Positions 40,213 to 50,993 of a stretch of 64,000 nucleotides of DNA are shown here, piece after piece. The stretch lies in assembly GCA_965232515.1 (NCBI GenBank), contig CBDDPY010000002.1:2400001-2464000 (forward strand), written 5' to 3'. Position 1 is the first letter of the stretch; every line of letters starts with the position of its first letter. The notes beneath the pieces were generated by a model. The model saw nothing but the letters and a program-made list of their open reading frames with translations, was not told where the DNA came from and made no database searches. Source of the stretch: Alphaproteobacteria bacterium (GTDB lineage: Bacteria; Pseudomonadota; Alphaproteobacteria; GCA-2731375). Position numbers and translations under genes: made by a program.

Positions 40213-41907
40213 TCACTCCGCGGCACCCTTCGCCGCCTCGTATTTCTCCATTTCCTCGGCCACCAGCTCCTTCTTCGACAGCTTGCCGATCATGGTCTTC
40301 GGCAATTCGTCGCGGAATTCGATGTGCTTCGGCATCTCGTGCTTGCCGAGCTTGCTCTTCAGGAATTCCTTCAGCTTCTCCTCGTCGATCTCCTGGGCGT
40401 CCTTCAGCTTGACGAAGGCCTTGACCGCCTGGCCGGTATAGTCGTCGGGGATGCCGATCACCGTCACCTCGTCGACGGCCGGATGCTCGTAGATCGATTC
40501 CTCGACATGGCGCGGAAAGACGTTGAAGCCACCGACCAGGACCAGGTCCTTCATGCGGTCGATGATGAAGGTATAGCCGTCGTCGTCCATATAGCCGACG
40601 TCGCCCGTGCGCAGCCGGCCGTCGAGCAGCACCTGCGCCGTCTCCTCCTCGCGGCCCCAATAGCCCTTCATCACCTGCGGGCCCTGAATGCAGATCTCGC
40701 CGGATTCGCCCAGCGGCATCTCCTTATGCGGATCGTCCCGGTCATAGATGCTGATGACGGTGCGCGGCGACGGCTGGCCGATCGAGCCCGGCTTGTTAAC
40801 GCCGTTCAGCGGGTTCGAGCTGGCGACCGGCGAGGTTTCGGTCAGGCCGTAGCCTTCGAACACCTTGGCGCCGGTCATCTGCTCGAAGCGCTGCTTGACC
40901 TCGACCGGCAGCGGCGCGCCGCCCGACATGCAGGAATGGATCGACGACATATCGGTCGTGGTCGCCGCCGGATGGCTGGCCATCGCCGTGTACATGGTCG
41001 GCACGCCCGGCATCATCGTCGGCTTCTTCTGCGGGATCGCCTTCATCACGTCTTCCAGCACGAAGCGCGGATGCATGATGATCTCGCCGCCAATGTGCAG
41101 GGTGTAGTTCATCACCACGGTCATGGCGAAGACGTGGAAGAACGGCAGTACGCCCATCATCTTCTCTTCGCCCGGCCGCGCGCCGGGGAACCAGAGCGCC
41201 GCCTGATGGATGTTCGCCGACAGATTGCCGTGCGTCAGCATGGCACCCTTGGACACGCCGGTCGTGCCGCCGGTGTACTGCAGGACGGCGATGTCCTCGT
41301 CGACGTCGATCTCGACGGGCGCGATATCGCCCTCGTTGTTCATCAGCTCCTGGAACGAGACATGCTTGGCGTCGTTCGGCACCTTGGCGATCTCGCCGCG
41401 CTTGAAGATCGGAAACAGCAGGTTCTTGGGGAACGGCAGCACCTCCGACAGCGTGCCGACGACCAGTTTCTGCAGCCGGCTCTCGCGCAGCATGAGCTCC
41501 ATCTTCGGGTAGAGCGCCTTCAGGTGCAGCGTCACCATGATGTCGGTGTGGCTGTCCTCGATCTGGTGCAATAGCTGCTCTTCCGAATAGAGCGGGCTGA
41601 AATTGACCACCGTGCCGCCGGCCTTCAGCACGCCGTAGTAAGCCACGATGAACTGCGGGCAGTTCGGCAGGAACAGGCCGACCTTGACGCCCTTGGTGAC
41701 GCCCAGATCCTGGAAGCCCTTGGCGGCGCGGTCGATCATCCGGCCGATCTGCTGATAGGTGAATTTCTTGTCCAGGAAGTCGACGCACGGACGGTCGCCG
41801 AACTTGGCCACGGATTGGTCCATCAGTGCCGGCATCGGCCGCTTTTCGATCTCAGCGTGCCAGTCCACGCCCGGCGCATAGTTTTTCAGCCAGGGATAAT
41901 CGGCCAT
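40213..41907 (-). CDS. Long-chain fatty acid/dicarboxylate-CoA ligase (FadD/PimA-like)
   Basis: YPWLKNYAPGV, QYTGGTTGVSKG, EGYGLTETSP, TGD, GGFNVFP, IGKL. Confidence 0.92.
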   Translation of the reverse strand: MADYPWLKNYAPGVDWHAEIEKRPMPALMDQSVAKFGDRPCVDFLDKKFTYQQIGRMIDRAAKGFQDLGVTKGVKVGLFLPNCPQFIVAYYGVLKAGGTVVNFSPLYSEEQLLHQIEDSHTDIMVTLHLKALYPKMELMLRESRLQKLVVGTLSEVLPFPKNLLFPIFKRGEIAKVPNDAKHVSFQELMNNEGDIAPVEIDVDEDIAVLQYTGGTTGVSKGAMLTHGNLSANIHQAALWFPGARPGEEKMMGVLPFFHVFAMTVVMNYTLHIGGEIIMHPRFVLEDVMKAIPQKKPTMMPGVPTMYTAMASHPAATTTDMSSIHSCMSGGAPLPVEVKQRFEQMTGAKVFEGYGLTETSPVASSNPLNGVNKPGSIGQPSPRTVISIYDRDDPHKEMPLGESGEICIQGPQVMKGYWGREEETAQVLLDGRLRTGDVGYMDDDGYTFIIDRMKDLVLVGGFNVFPRHVEESIYEHPAVDEVTVIGIPDDYTGQAVKAFVKLKDAQEIDEEKLKEFLKSKLGKHEMPKHIEFRDELPKTMIGKLSKKELVAEEMEKYEAAKGAAE

Positions 41908-42067
41908 ATCGCTTGTCTCCCTTTACGCGGCATCCGCGCAAATGCCCCATGGATTCGCTTGAACTCGATATAGCACTGATTTCGTTAATGACACACAGAT
42001 GACAGCAATCCGATCGCGATTGCCGCGTGTATCGATCAGCGTGGACCGCCGGATCTTGTCACCGTCT

Positions 42068-42155
42068 TCTGGATGCCCGGATCAAGTCCGGGCATGACGA
42101 ACGGGGCGAGCCTTCGCCAATTTCGTGTTTGCCGGGCTCGACCCGGCAATCCAGA
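42068..42155. repeat. REP-like doublet: two inverted 34-nt units, each a hairpin
   Basis: Unit 1 tctggat-gcccgga-tcaag-tccgggc-atgacgaa (42068-42101); unit 2 reverse complement tctggat-tgccggg-tcgag-cccggca-aacacgaa (42122-42155). Confidence 0.8.
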
Positions 42156-42178
42156 CGCAACCTCCGGAACGCGTCGTC

Positions 42179-43003
<825 letters not shown>

Positions 43004-43007
43004 CGAA

Positions 43008-43805
43008 CTAGCGTCCCTTGAACTCGGGCTTACGCTTCTCGGCAAAGGCCGAGATGCCCTCGCGGAAATCCTCCGTCTCCACGTTCGAGGCGAAACACTC
43101 GGCCTCGAGCTGCAGCTGCGCCTCGTACTCGCGGTCGATCGAGCCGTGGATCAGCTTCTTGACGTTGCCGAGCGCGTGCGTCGGCCCGTTCGCGAGGCGG
43201 TTGGCGAGCTTGGCCGTCTCGGCCTCGAGCTGGTCGCGCGGCACCACGAAATTGACCATGCCGTGCTGCGCCGCCGTGGCGGCGTCCACATCGTCGCCCA
43301 GCATGGCGAACTCCATCGCCTTCTTGACGCCGACGATGCGCGGCAGGAAGTAGGTGCCGGTGCCGTCCGGGCTGGTGCCGATGCGCACATAGGCCATGGC
43401 GAAAATGGCGTCGTCGGAACAGATCACCAGGTCGCAGCCCAGCGCCAGGCTCATGCCGAAACCGGCGGCATAGCCCTGCACCGATGCGATCACCGGTTTC
43501 GGCATGCGGCGGAACGAGAACATGATTGGGTGCATCGCGTTGATGCCTTCCAGAAACCGCCGCCGCTTCTGGTGCGGGCTGTTGTCGCGGTCGGCGTAGA
43601 AGCCCTTGACGTCACCGCCGGCCATGAAGTGCTCGCCGGCGCCCTTCACCACGACACAGCGGATCTCGGGATCGAACTCGACCTGCGTGTTGATCTCCAA
43701 CAGCGCTTCCTTCATGTCGGCGTTCAACGCGTTCAGCGCCTTCGGCCGGTTCAGCGTGATCGTGGCAACGCCCCCGGCGACGTCCAGTACGGCGGTATCG
43801 TTCAT
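43008..43805 (-). CDS. Enoyl-CoA hydratase/isomerase family protein
   Basis: TLNRPKALNAL, FMAGGD, PKPVIASVQGYAAGFG, DFREGISAF.EKR.P. Confidence 0.92.
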   Translation of the reverse strand: MNDTAVLDVAGGVATITLNRPKALNALNADMKEALLEINTQVEFDPEIRCVVVKGAGEHFMAGGDVKGFYADRDNSPHQKRRRFLEGINAMHPIMFSFRRMPKPVIASVQGYAAGFGMSLALGCDLVICSDDAIFAMAYVRIGTSPDGTGTYFLPRIVGVKKAMEFAMLGDDVDAATAAQHGMVNFVVPRDQLEAETAKLANRLANGPTHALGNVKKLIHGSIDREYEAQLQLEAECFASNVETEDFREGISAFAEKRKPEFKGR

Positions 43806-43836
43806 TGACGGCTTCCCCTTCTTGAATTCGTAGCGA

Positions 43837-44889
43837 TCAGGCGGCGTCGGCGGCTTCTTGCGTCCGCCGGTAGACGTAAACACCGTCGGCGTCGAGGCTG
43901 CGCACGACCCGGCCGCGACCGATCAGGCAATGCAGGTGCGCCAGCGATTCACCGACGCCCAGAAAGGCTTCGAATGGCTTCAGCCGGCGCCGGAACAGCA
44001 CCTTCAGCGTCGACAGCACCCGCGTTGGCTCGCTCAATGCCGCTTCCAGGGCGGCCAAGCGCTCGTCGTGGTGTGACTGCAGATAATCGAGCCGCGCCGG
44101 CAGCCCGTGGAACGGCTCGTTGTGCGCCGGCAGCACCAGCGTGTCGGCCGGCAGGTGCCGGTAATGCGCCAGGCTGTCGAGATATTCTTCCAGCGGATTG
44201 GCGTCCGGCTCCGACGGATAGACGCCGATATGCGGCGTGATCTTCGGCAGCACCTGATCGCCCGAGATCATCACCTGCAACTCGTCGCAGTAAAGACAGG
44301 CATGTTCCGGCGCGTGGCCATAGCCGACGATCACCCGCCAAGCCCGGCCGCCGATCTCGATCACCTCGGCATCGACGATGCGCCGGTGCGCGCCCGGAAT
44401 CTCCCAGACCGAGTTGCGGTAGTGGTTGTAGCCTCTGGCCCGCAGTTTCTCGACCGCGTCCGGCTTGAAGCCCAGCCGCCGGAAATGATCGAGATAGTAT
44501 TCCGGCGCCACGTCGGCGGCGTCGAGATAGAGCATGCGGCCGAACAGCCATTCGCGCCGCGTCGCCCAGAGCGGCGCCTGCCAGCGTTCGCACAGCCAGC
44601 CGGCAAGGCCCATATGGTCGGGGTGGAAATGCGTGCAGATGACCCGTTTGACCGGACGGCCGCCCAGATACCGGTCCAACACCTGCGCCCACAGGCCGCG
44701 GATCTTGTCCGTGTTCATGCCGGTATCGACGATGGTCCAGCCGTCGCCGTCGTCCAGCAGCCAGAGATTGATGTGGCTGAGCCCGGTCAGCTCAAGCGGC
44801 ATGCGCAGCCAGAGCACGCCCGGCGCGACCTCGATGGTTTCGGCCGGCTCAGGCACGCGGTCGAAGGGATAACGCAGTTGATCAGCCAA
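43837..44889 (-). CDS. MBL-fold metallo-hydrolase
   Basis: THFHPDHMG, GHAPEH, SGDQVLP, LPAH; TTG start. Confidence 0.9.
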   Translation of the reverse strand: MADQLRYPFDRVPEPAETIEVAPGVLWLRMPLELTGLSHINLWLLDDGDGWTIVDTGMNTDKIRGLWAQVLDRYLGGRPVKRVICTHFHPDHMGLAGWLCERWQAPLWATRREWLFGRMLYLDAADVAPEYYLDHFRRLGFKPDAVEKLRARGYNHYRNSVWEIPGAHRRIVDAEVIEIGGRAWRVIVGYGHAPEHACLYCDELQVMISGDQVLPKITPHIGVYPSEPDANPLEEYLDSLAHYRHLPADTLVLPAHNEPFHGLPARLDYLQSHHDERLAALEAALSEPTRVLSTLKVLFRRRLKPFEAFLGVGESLAHLHCLIGRGRVVRSLDADGVYVYRRTQEAADAA

Positions 44890-44979
44890 TGACTCGGGCC
44901 TCGCTTGTCGCGGAATACGAAATTGCCGCGCAAGCGCACAGGGCTCCGGCGGCTTTCGACAGGAGTATAGACGTTCTAC

Positions 44980-45001
44980 TTGACGTTTACGTCAACGTCA
45001 A
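44980..45001. promoter_or_regulatory. LiuR-type (MerR family) operator
   Basis: TTGACGT-TT-ACGTCAA (44980-44995) with overlapping TTTACGT-CA-ACGTCAA, upstream of acyl-CoA metabolism genes. Confidence 0.7.
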
Positions 45002-45012
45002 CCTTGTGATCC

Positions 45013-46809
45013 TTAAGCCGACAGCCGCTCAGGCGCGATGGCGTAGAGCAGGTCGGCGCCGGCGGTCACCGCCGGCAATTGCGATACCGCCTGCGGCATC
45101 AGTTGTTCGGCAAAAAAGCGGGCCGTGGCGATCTTGTCGGTGAGGAAGGCATTGTCGCCCCCGCCCGCCGCCAGCATCGATTTCGCCGCCAGCGCGCCCT
45201 TGGCCAGCAGGTAGCCGCCGGCGGTCAGGCCGAACATCTTCATGAAGGGCGAGCAGCCGGCCGCCGCGCCGTTCGGATCGTCGGCCATGGTCGTCAGCAA
45301 CCATTGGCTCGCCTGCTCCAGCGCATCGACCGTCGCGGTCAGGTTCGTGCGGATCGCCGCGAAGTCGTCGCCGGCATCCGCCAGCGGCGCGTCGAGCCCG
45401 CGCATCTCGGCGACGTAGCCCGCGATCAGCTCGCCGCCCTGCATCGGCAGCTTGCGCATCACCAGGTCCATGGCCTGGATGCCGTTGGTGCCCTCGTAAA
45501 TCGGCGCGATGCGCGCGTCCCGCATGTGCTGGGCGGCGCCCGTCTCCTCGATGAAGCCCATGCCGCCATGCACCTGCACGCCGATCGAGGCGACCTCGCA
45601 GCCGATATCCGTGCACCAGCCCTTGACCACCGGCGTCAGCAATTCGGCCATGCCGCCGAACCGCGCCCGGCCGTCTTCGTCGGCGTGATGGCGCGACAGG
45701 TCGATGGCCTCGGCGTTGACGTAACAGAGCGCCCGCGTCGCCTCGGTATAGGCCTTCATGGTCATCAGCATGCGGCGCACGTCGGCATGCGCGACGATGC
45801 CGGCATCGGCGTCGGCGCCGTTCAGCGGCCGGCCCTGCTTGCGGTCCAGCGCGTAGGCCACGGCCTGCTGATAGGCCCGCTCGGCGATGGCCAGGCCCTG
45901 GATGCCGACGGCGAGCCGCGCCGTGTTCATCATCGTGAACATGCAGCGCATGCCCTGGTTCTCGGCCCCCAGCATGTAGCCGATGGCGCCGCCGTTATCG
46001 CCGTAGGACATCACCGCCGTTGGGCTGGCGTGAATGCCGAGCTTGTGCTCCAGCGAGACGCAGCGCAAGTCGTTGCGCTGGCCCAGGCCGCCGTCGCCGT
46101 TGGGCAGGAGTTTCGGCACGATGAACAGCGAGATGCCCTTGGTGCCGGGCGGGCTGCCGGGCGTGCGGGCCAGCACCAGATGCACGATGTTGTCCGAGAA
46201 ATCGTGCTCGCCGTAGGTGATGAAGATCTTCGTGCCGGTGATCTTCCAGGTGCCGTCGCCGACCGGCTCGGCCTTGCTGCGCAGCGCGCCGACATCCGAG
46301 CCCGCCTGCGGCTCGGTCAGGTTCATGGTCCCGGTCCACTCGCCCGAGATCAGCTTCGGCAGGTAATAGTCCTTCTGCTCGTCCGTGCCGTGGGCGTGGA
46401 TCGCCTCGACGGCGCCCTGGTTCAACAGCGGGCAGAGCGCGAAGCCCATATTGGCCGAGTTCCACATTTCGATGCAGGCGGCGCCGACGAGCCAGGGCAG
46501 GCCCATGCCGCCATAGTCCGGATCGAACGGTACGCTGTTCCAGCCGCCGTCGCGGTATTCGGCGTAGGCCTCCTTGAAGCCGTCGGGCGTGCGCACGACG
46601 CCGTTCTCCAGCAGCGAGCCCTGCTGATCGCCGCTATGGTTGAGCGGCGCCAGCACGCCGCCGGCGAGCTTCCCCGCCTCTTCCAGCGCCTGCGAGACGA
46701 CCTCCGGATCGGCGGCGTCCAGGCCTTCCAGCGCGGACAGGCCCTTCAGATCGGTGATCTGGTTCAGCGTGAATTCGATATCGTTCAGCGGTGCCGTATA
46801 GGCGGTCAT
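45013..46809 (-). CDS. Acyl-CoA dehydrogenase, DmdC-like long type
   Basis: MTAYTAPL, GTMNLTEPQAGSD, GTKIFITYGEHD, HKLGIHASPT, IYEGTNGIQA; RBS GGAGG. Confidence 0.92.
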   Translation of the reverse strand: MTAYTAPLNDIEFTLNQITDLKGLSALEGLDAADPEVVSQALEEAGKLAGGVLAPLNHSGDQQGSLLENGVVRTPDGFKEAYAEYRDGGWNSVPFDPDYGGMGLPWLVGAACIEMWNSANMGFALCPLLNQGAVEAIHAHGTDEQKDYYLPKLISGEWTGTMNLTEPQAGSDVGALRSKAEPVGDGTWKITGTKIFITYGEHDFSDNIVHLVLARTPGSPPGTKGISLFIVPKLLPNGDGGLGQRNDLRCVSLEHKLGIHASPTAVMSYGDNGGAIGYMLGAENQGMRCMFTMMNTARLAVGIQGLAIAERAYQQAVAYALDRKQGRPLNGADADAGIVAHADVRRMLMTMKAYTEATRALCYVNAEAIDLSRHHADEDGRARFGGMAELLTPVVKGWCTDIGCEVASIGVQVHGGMGFIEETGAAQHMRDARIAPIYEGTNGIQAMDLVMRKLPMQGGELIAGYVAEMRGLDAPLADAGDDFAAIRTNLTATVDALEQASQWLLTTMADDPNGAAAGCSPFMKMFGLTAGGYLLAKGALAAKSMLAAGGGDNAFLTDKIATARFFAEQLMPQAVSQLPAVTAGADLLYAIAPERLSA

Positions 46810-46922
46810 CGGCCAACCTCCCTCCAGGTCGCGGGCACGCCTCGCTGCGCCGCGGCTCTTAACTCTTGCAGGTAATATGCTATGCAGGACAAGTGGTGCA
46901 AACCCGGAACGAGGCAATGCCG

Positions 46923-47714
46923 ATGAACAGCGCAACGGGCGGACATCTCAACCCCGGCCAGCGGCTGCCCGACTGGACGACGGATGTCAGCGCCGAGACC
47001 CAGCTGCGCTGCCTGACCGCGGCCCAGGTCGATCCCGCGCCCTATGGCGACGTCGTCGACATGACGCTGCTCGGCAACGAATGCTACCGGGCGCTGACGG
47101 CCGCAGGCATATCGTTCGAAGGCTGGGTGCAGTTGGAGCAGCACTTCGAGCAGCACCGGCAGGTCCGCCTCGGCGAAAGCCTCGAGGTCAAGACCGAGGT
47201 CACGGCAGTTGATCCGCACGCCCGCGGCATGTCGACTCATCTCGTGTTCGACTTCTCGAGCGGCGGTGATGTAGCGCTGCGCGCCGAAATCATCGCGCTG
47301 CTGCCTGATGCCCCATTGAGCGGTCCGGCCGAGCAATCGCCGTCGAGCTCGACGTCCATGACGGGCTTCGAGAAGATCGCCACCAAGCAGCTCACGCCGG
47401 ACGCGGTGAAGGCCTATTCCGGCTACGTCGGCAACGCCATTCACGTCGACCCGAAGGCCGCACTGGCGAGCGGCTTCCGCGCGCCGGTGGCCCAGGGCAT
47501 GATGACCAACACCTTCATGACCGGCATCCTCTGCCACCGCCAGCCGCCGCAGACCGCGACCATGCGCACGCGCTTCCTGCGGCCCGTGTTCTGGGACGAG
47601 GCCGTCGACGTGTTCGGCCGGCGCGAGGGCGACGGCGGCCTGGTCGCGCTGCGCTGTCTCAATGCCGACGGCAAGCTGGTCACCGAAGGCCACGTGCTGG
47701 ACCTCAAGTATTGA
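46923..47714 (+). CDS. Double hot-dog (MaoC-like) protein A
   Basis: GNAIHVD..A..GFRAPVAQGM, RFLRPVFWD; RBS GAGG. Confidence 0.75.
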   Translation: MNSATGGHLNPGQRLPDWTTDVSAETQLRCLTAAQVDPAPYGDVVDMTLLGNECYRALTAAGISFEGWVQLEQHFEQHRQVRLGESLEVKTEVTAVDPHARGMSTHLVFDFSSGGDVALRAEIIALLPDAPLSGPAEQSPSSSTSMTGFEKIATKQLTPDAVKAYSGYVGNAIHVDPKAALASGFRAPVAQGMMTNTFMTGILCHRQPPQTATMRTRFLRPVFWDEAVDVFGRREGDGGLVALRCLNADGKLVTEGHVLDLKY

Positions 47715-47730
47715 GCCGTCCGCGCCCGAG

Positions 47731-48540
47731 ATGAGCTACATCCCCGAACCGGACGGCGACCTCAGCGCCTGGGACGACATCCCGGCCGGTTATCGCTTCC
47801 CGGATTTCCAGGTCACGGTCGATCGCGCCCGCCAGAACGCCTATCACCGCGCCACCGACGTCGACACCAACCGCTTCGGCGACCGCGCCGATGTCAGCAT
47901 CTTCGCCCAGGACACGTCGATCGCCGCCGGCCGCGCCGGCCTGCCGAAGGACGGCCGCATCCACACCCGTCACCGCATCCGGCAGACTGCGCCGATCGCC
48001 ATCGGCGACATGCTGACGCTGCGGGGCCGGGTCGAGCCGTTCGGCCAGTCGCTGCGCGGCCGTGTGCTGCATTGCGCCTTCGACTTCGTCGCCGCCGACG
48101 GCAGCCGGCCGCTGACGATGCGGGCCGAATATCTGCTGCCTGCCACCAAGGTGGATCGGAAAGCCACGCCGCGCCCGATCGCTGTCGAGGACCCGCGCGC
48201 CGGCTTCACCACCGTTGGCGCTTGTCAGCTGACGTCCGACAAGGTCGCGGCCTATTCGCGCGAGGTTGGCAACCGTATCCACTTCGATTTGAGCTTCGCG
48301 GCCGAACGCGGCTTTCGCGCACCGCTGGCGCAGGGCCTTATGCAGGTGACGGCCGTCATGGGCGTCATCGCCGAAACCGGCGCACCGTCGTCCCTCGACC
48401 TGGAACTGCAGTTCCGCCGGCCGCTGTTCTGGGACGATCGTTTCGAGGTCCTGGCCGATGCCGAACGACGGCTGTTCCGCTGCATCGGACCGTCGGGCAA
48501 GCCGAGCGGCGAAGCCGTCCTCCGGCACATCGAGCAGTGA
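47731..48540 (+). CDS. Double hot-dog (MaoC-like) protein B, paralog of A
   Basis: GNRIHFD..A..GFRAPLAQGL, QFRRPLFWD. Confidence 0.75.
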   Translation: MSYIPEPDGDLSAWDDIPAGYRFPDFQVTVDRARQNAYHRATDVDTNRFGDRADVSIFAQDTSIAAGRAGLPKDGRIHTRHRIRQTAPIAIGDMLTLRGRVEPFGQSLRGRVLHCAFDFVAADGSRPLTMRAEYLLPATKVDRKATPRPIAVEDPRAGFTTVGACQLTSDKVAAYSREVGNRIHFDLSFAAERGFRAPLAQGLMQVTAVMGVIAETGAPSSLDLELQFRRPLFWDDRFEVLADAERRLFRCIGPSGKPSGEAVLRHIEQ

Positions 48541-49481
48541 CCGTCGCTGCCGCCACCGAGGCCGCCGTCGCCGAGGCGGCGCGTCTGTTGCGCGCGGGCG
48601 AACTGGTCGCCTTTCCGACCGAAACCGTCTACGGCCTCGGCGCCGACGCCACCAACGACCCCGCCGTCGCCGGTATCTTCGCGGCCAAGAACCGGCCTGA
48701 CTTCAACCCGCTGATCGTGCACCTGGCCGATGCGAACGACGTCGACCGACACGCGATCTGGACCGAGCCGGCGCGCCGCCTGGCCGATGCCTTCTGGCCG
48801 GGCGCGCTGACCCTCGTGCTCCCGCGCTTGCCCGATTGCCGACTGTCGCTGCTGGTCAGCGCCGGCCTCGACACCGTCGCGCTCCGGGTGCCGGCCCATG
48901 ACGTCGCCCGCCGGCTGCTGCGCGCGACCGGCCGGCCGGTCGCCGGCCCCAGCGCCAACCCGTCGGGGCGGATCAGCTCGACCACGGCCCAGCACGTCGC
49001 CGAGGGGCTCGGCGATAGGGTGGCGATGATCCTCGACGCCGGCCCCTGCCCGCTCGGCCTCGAGAGCACGGTGGTCGGCTTCGATGGCGACAAGCCGCTG
49101 CTGCTCAGACCCGGCGGCGTCACGGCGGAAGAGATCGAGGCCGTCGTCGGCCCGCTCGGCGGCCCGGCCCCGGCCGACCGGCCCAACGCGCCCGGCCAGC
49201 TCGCCAGCCACTACGCCCCGACCGCGCCGGTCCGGCTCGACGCCCGGCAGGCAGACCAGGGCGAACTCCTGCTCGGCTTCGGTCCGGACGCGCCCGCCGC
49301 GACCGCGCTGAACCTCAGCACTAAGGGCGATCTGCGGGAGGCCGCGGCAAATCTGTTCGCCATGCTGCGACAATTGGATGCCCAACGGCCGGCCGGCATC
49401 GCCGTGATGACGATCCCTGAAACCGGCCTCGGCCGGGCCATCAACGACCGCCTGCGCCGCGCCGCTGCACCCCTGCTATGA
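48537..49481 (+). CDS. tsaC: L-threonylcarbamoyladenylate synthase (Sua5-type)
   Basis: GTGA overlap; VAFPTETVYGL, KNRPDFNPLIVH, FWPG, PSANPSG, GLESTV, PGQLASHYAP, AINDRLRRAA. Confidence 0.95.
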   Translation: MTVAAATEAAVAEAARLLRAGELVAFPTETVYGLGADATNDPAVAGIFAAKNRPDFNPLIVHLADANDVDRHAIWTEPARRLADAFWPGALTLVLPRLPDCRLSLLVSAGLDTVALRVPAHDVARRLLRATGRPVAGPSANPSGRISSTTAQHVAEGLGDRVAMILDAGPCPLGLESTVVGFDGDKPLLLRPGGVTAEEIEAVVGPLGGPAPADRPNAPGQLASHYAPTAPVRLDARQADQGELLLGFGPDAPAATALNLSTKGDLREAAANLFAMLRQLDAQRPAGIAVMTIPETGLGRAINDRLRRAAAPLL

Positions 49482-49528
49482 CGCCAGCGCGGCTTGTTCA
49501 CTCCAGCAAAAGCGAATACATCTGACGG

Positions 49529-50965
49529 ATGAATTTGCCCGCCCGCCACAGCCCTATTCCGGCTGACGTCCTGGAGCGTATCAAGGATGCCGTCGGACCG
49601 AAGGGCTATCTGAGCGACCCCGACGAGATCGCGCCGCTGACCCGGTCCTGGCGCGACAACTGGCAGGGTTGGGTGCCATTGGTGGTGCGGCCGGCCAGCA
49701 CCGAGGAAGTCGCCGAGGTCGTACGGATCTGCGCCGAGACCGGCACGCCGATCGTGCCCCAGGGCGGCAACACGGGTTTGACCGGGGCCAGCCAGCCGCA
49801 TGACGACGGCAGTGAGATCATTCTCTCGACCTCGCGCCTGAACCGCGTCCGCGACATCGATCTGGGCAATGACACCATGACGGTCGAGGCCGGCTGCATC
49901 CTCGCCGACCTGCAGGCCGCCGCCCGCGACGTCAACCGGCTGCTGCCGCTCAGCCTCGCCGCCGAGGGTTCGTGCCAGATCGGCGGCAATCTGGCGACCA
50001 ACGCCGGCGGCACCCAGGTGCTGCGCTACGGCAACGCGCGGGCCCTGGCGTTGGGCCTGGAAGTGGTGCTGCCGGACGGCCGCATCTGGGACGGCCTGCG
50101 TGGCCTGCGCAAGGACAATACCGGGTACGACCTGAAGCAGCTCTTCATCGGCGCCGAAGGCACGCTCGGCATCATCACGGCGGCCGTGCTGAAGCTCTAT
50201 CCGCTGCCGACCGACGTGCAAACGGCCCTCGTTGCCGTGCCCGATCCGGCGGCGGCGGTGAAGCTGTTGTCCCATGCCCGCGACGCGGTCGGCGACCAGG
50301 TCACCGGCTTCGAGCTGATCCAGCGCATCTGCATCGATATCGGCGTCGCCCATGTGCCGGGCGTCATCGATCCCTTCCCCTCGCCGCATCCATGGTACGT
50401 GCTGATCGAGGTGACCGGCCAGGGCGCGCCTGGCGGGCTGCGCGAGCCGGTCGAGGATTTCCTCGCCAGCGCGGCGGAGACCGGTCAGGTGCTGGACGCC
50501 GTCGTCGCCACGTCGGCGGCGCAGTCGCAGGCGCTCTGGCACATCCGCGAATCCATCCCCGAGGCGCAGAACCACGAGGGCGCCGGCATCAAGCACGACG
50601 TCTCGGTGCCGGTCAGCCGCATGCCCGATTTCATCGCCCGCGCCGACGCGGCGCTGGCCGCCGCCTATCCCGGCATCCGACCGCTGTCGTTCGGCCATAT
50701 CGGCGACGGCAACATGCACTACAATCCCGCCCAGCCCAGGGATTGGGACGGCGCGGCCTTCGCCGCCGAGCGCGAGAACATCAACCGCATCGTGCATGAC
50801 ATCGTCGCCGAGATGAACGGCTCGATCAGTGCCGAGCACGGCCTCGGCCGGCTGCGTCGCGAGGAAGTGCTGCGCTACAAGTCCGATGTCGAGATGGACC
50901 TGATGCGCGCGGTCAAGCGGGCTTTCGACCCCGACGACATCATGAACCCCGGCAAGGTTGTCTGA
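49529..50965 (+). CDS. FAD-binding oxidoreductase (D-2-hydroxyglutarate/D-lactate dehydrogenase-like)
   Basis: PQGGNTGL, IGGNLATNAGG, KDNTGYDL, GHIGDGNMH, SAEHGLG, MNPGK. Confidence 0.92.
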   Translation: MNLPARHSPIPADVLERIKDAVGPKGYLSDPDEIAPLTRSWRDNWQGWVPLVVRPASTEEVAEVVRICAETGTPIVPQGGNTGLTGASQPHDDGSEIILSTSRLNRVRDIDLGNDTMTVEAGCILADLQAAARDVNRLLPLSLAAEGSCQIGGNLATNAGGTQVLRYGNARALALGLEVVLPDGRIWDGLRGLRKDNTGYDLKQLFIGAEGTLGIITAAVLKLYPLPTDVQTALVAVPDPAAAVKLLSHARDAVGDQVTGFELIQRICIDIGVAHVPGVIDPFPSPHPWYVLIEVTGQGAPGGLREPVEDFLASAAETGQVLDAVVATSAAQSQALWHIRESIPEAQNHEGAGIKHDVSVPVSRMPDFIARADAALAAAYPGIRPLSFGHIGDGNMHYNPAQPRDWDGAAFAAERENINRIVHDIVAEMNGSISAEHGLGRLRREEVLRYKSDVEMDLMRAVKRAFDPDDIMNPGKVV

Positions 50966-50993
50966 TGGCCGCCGCCGGGCGCCCCGACCAACG

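Noticed and set aside
46883-46900. TGCA-N10-TGCA as an NtrC site
   Set aside because: Spacing is one base longer than the NtrC consensus and the left half-site is poor
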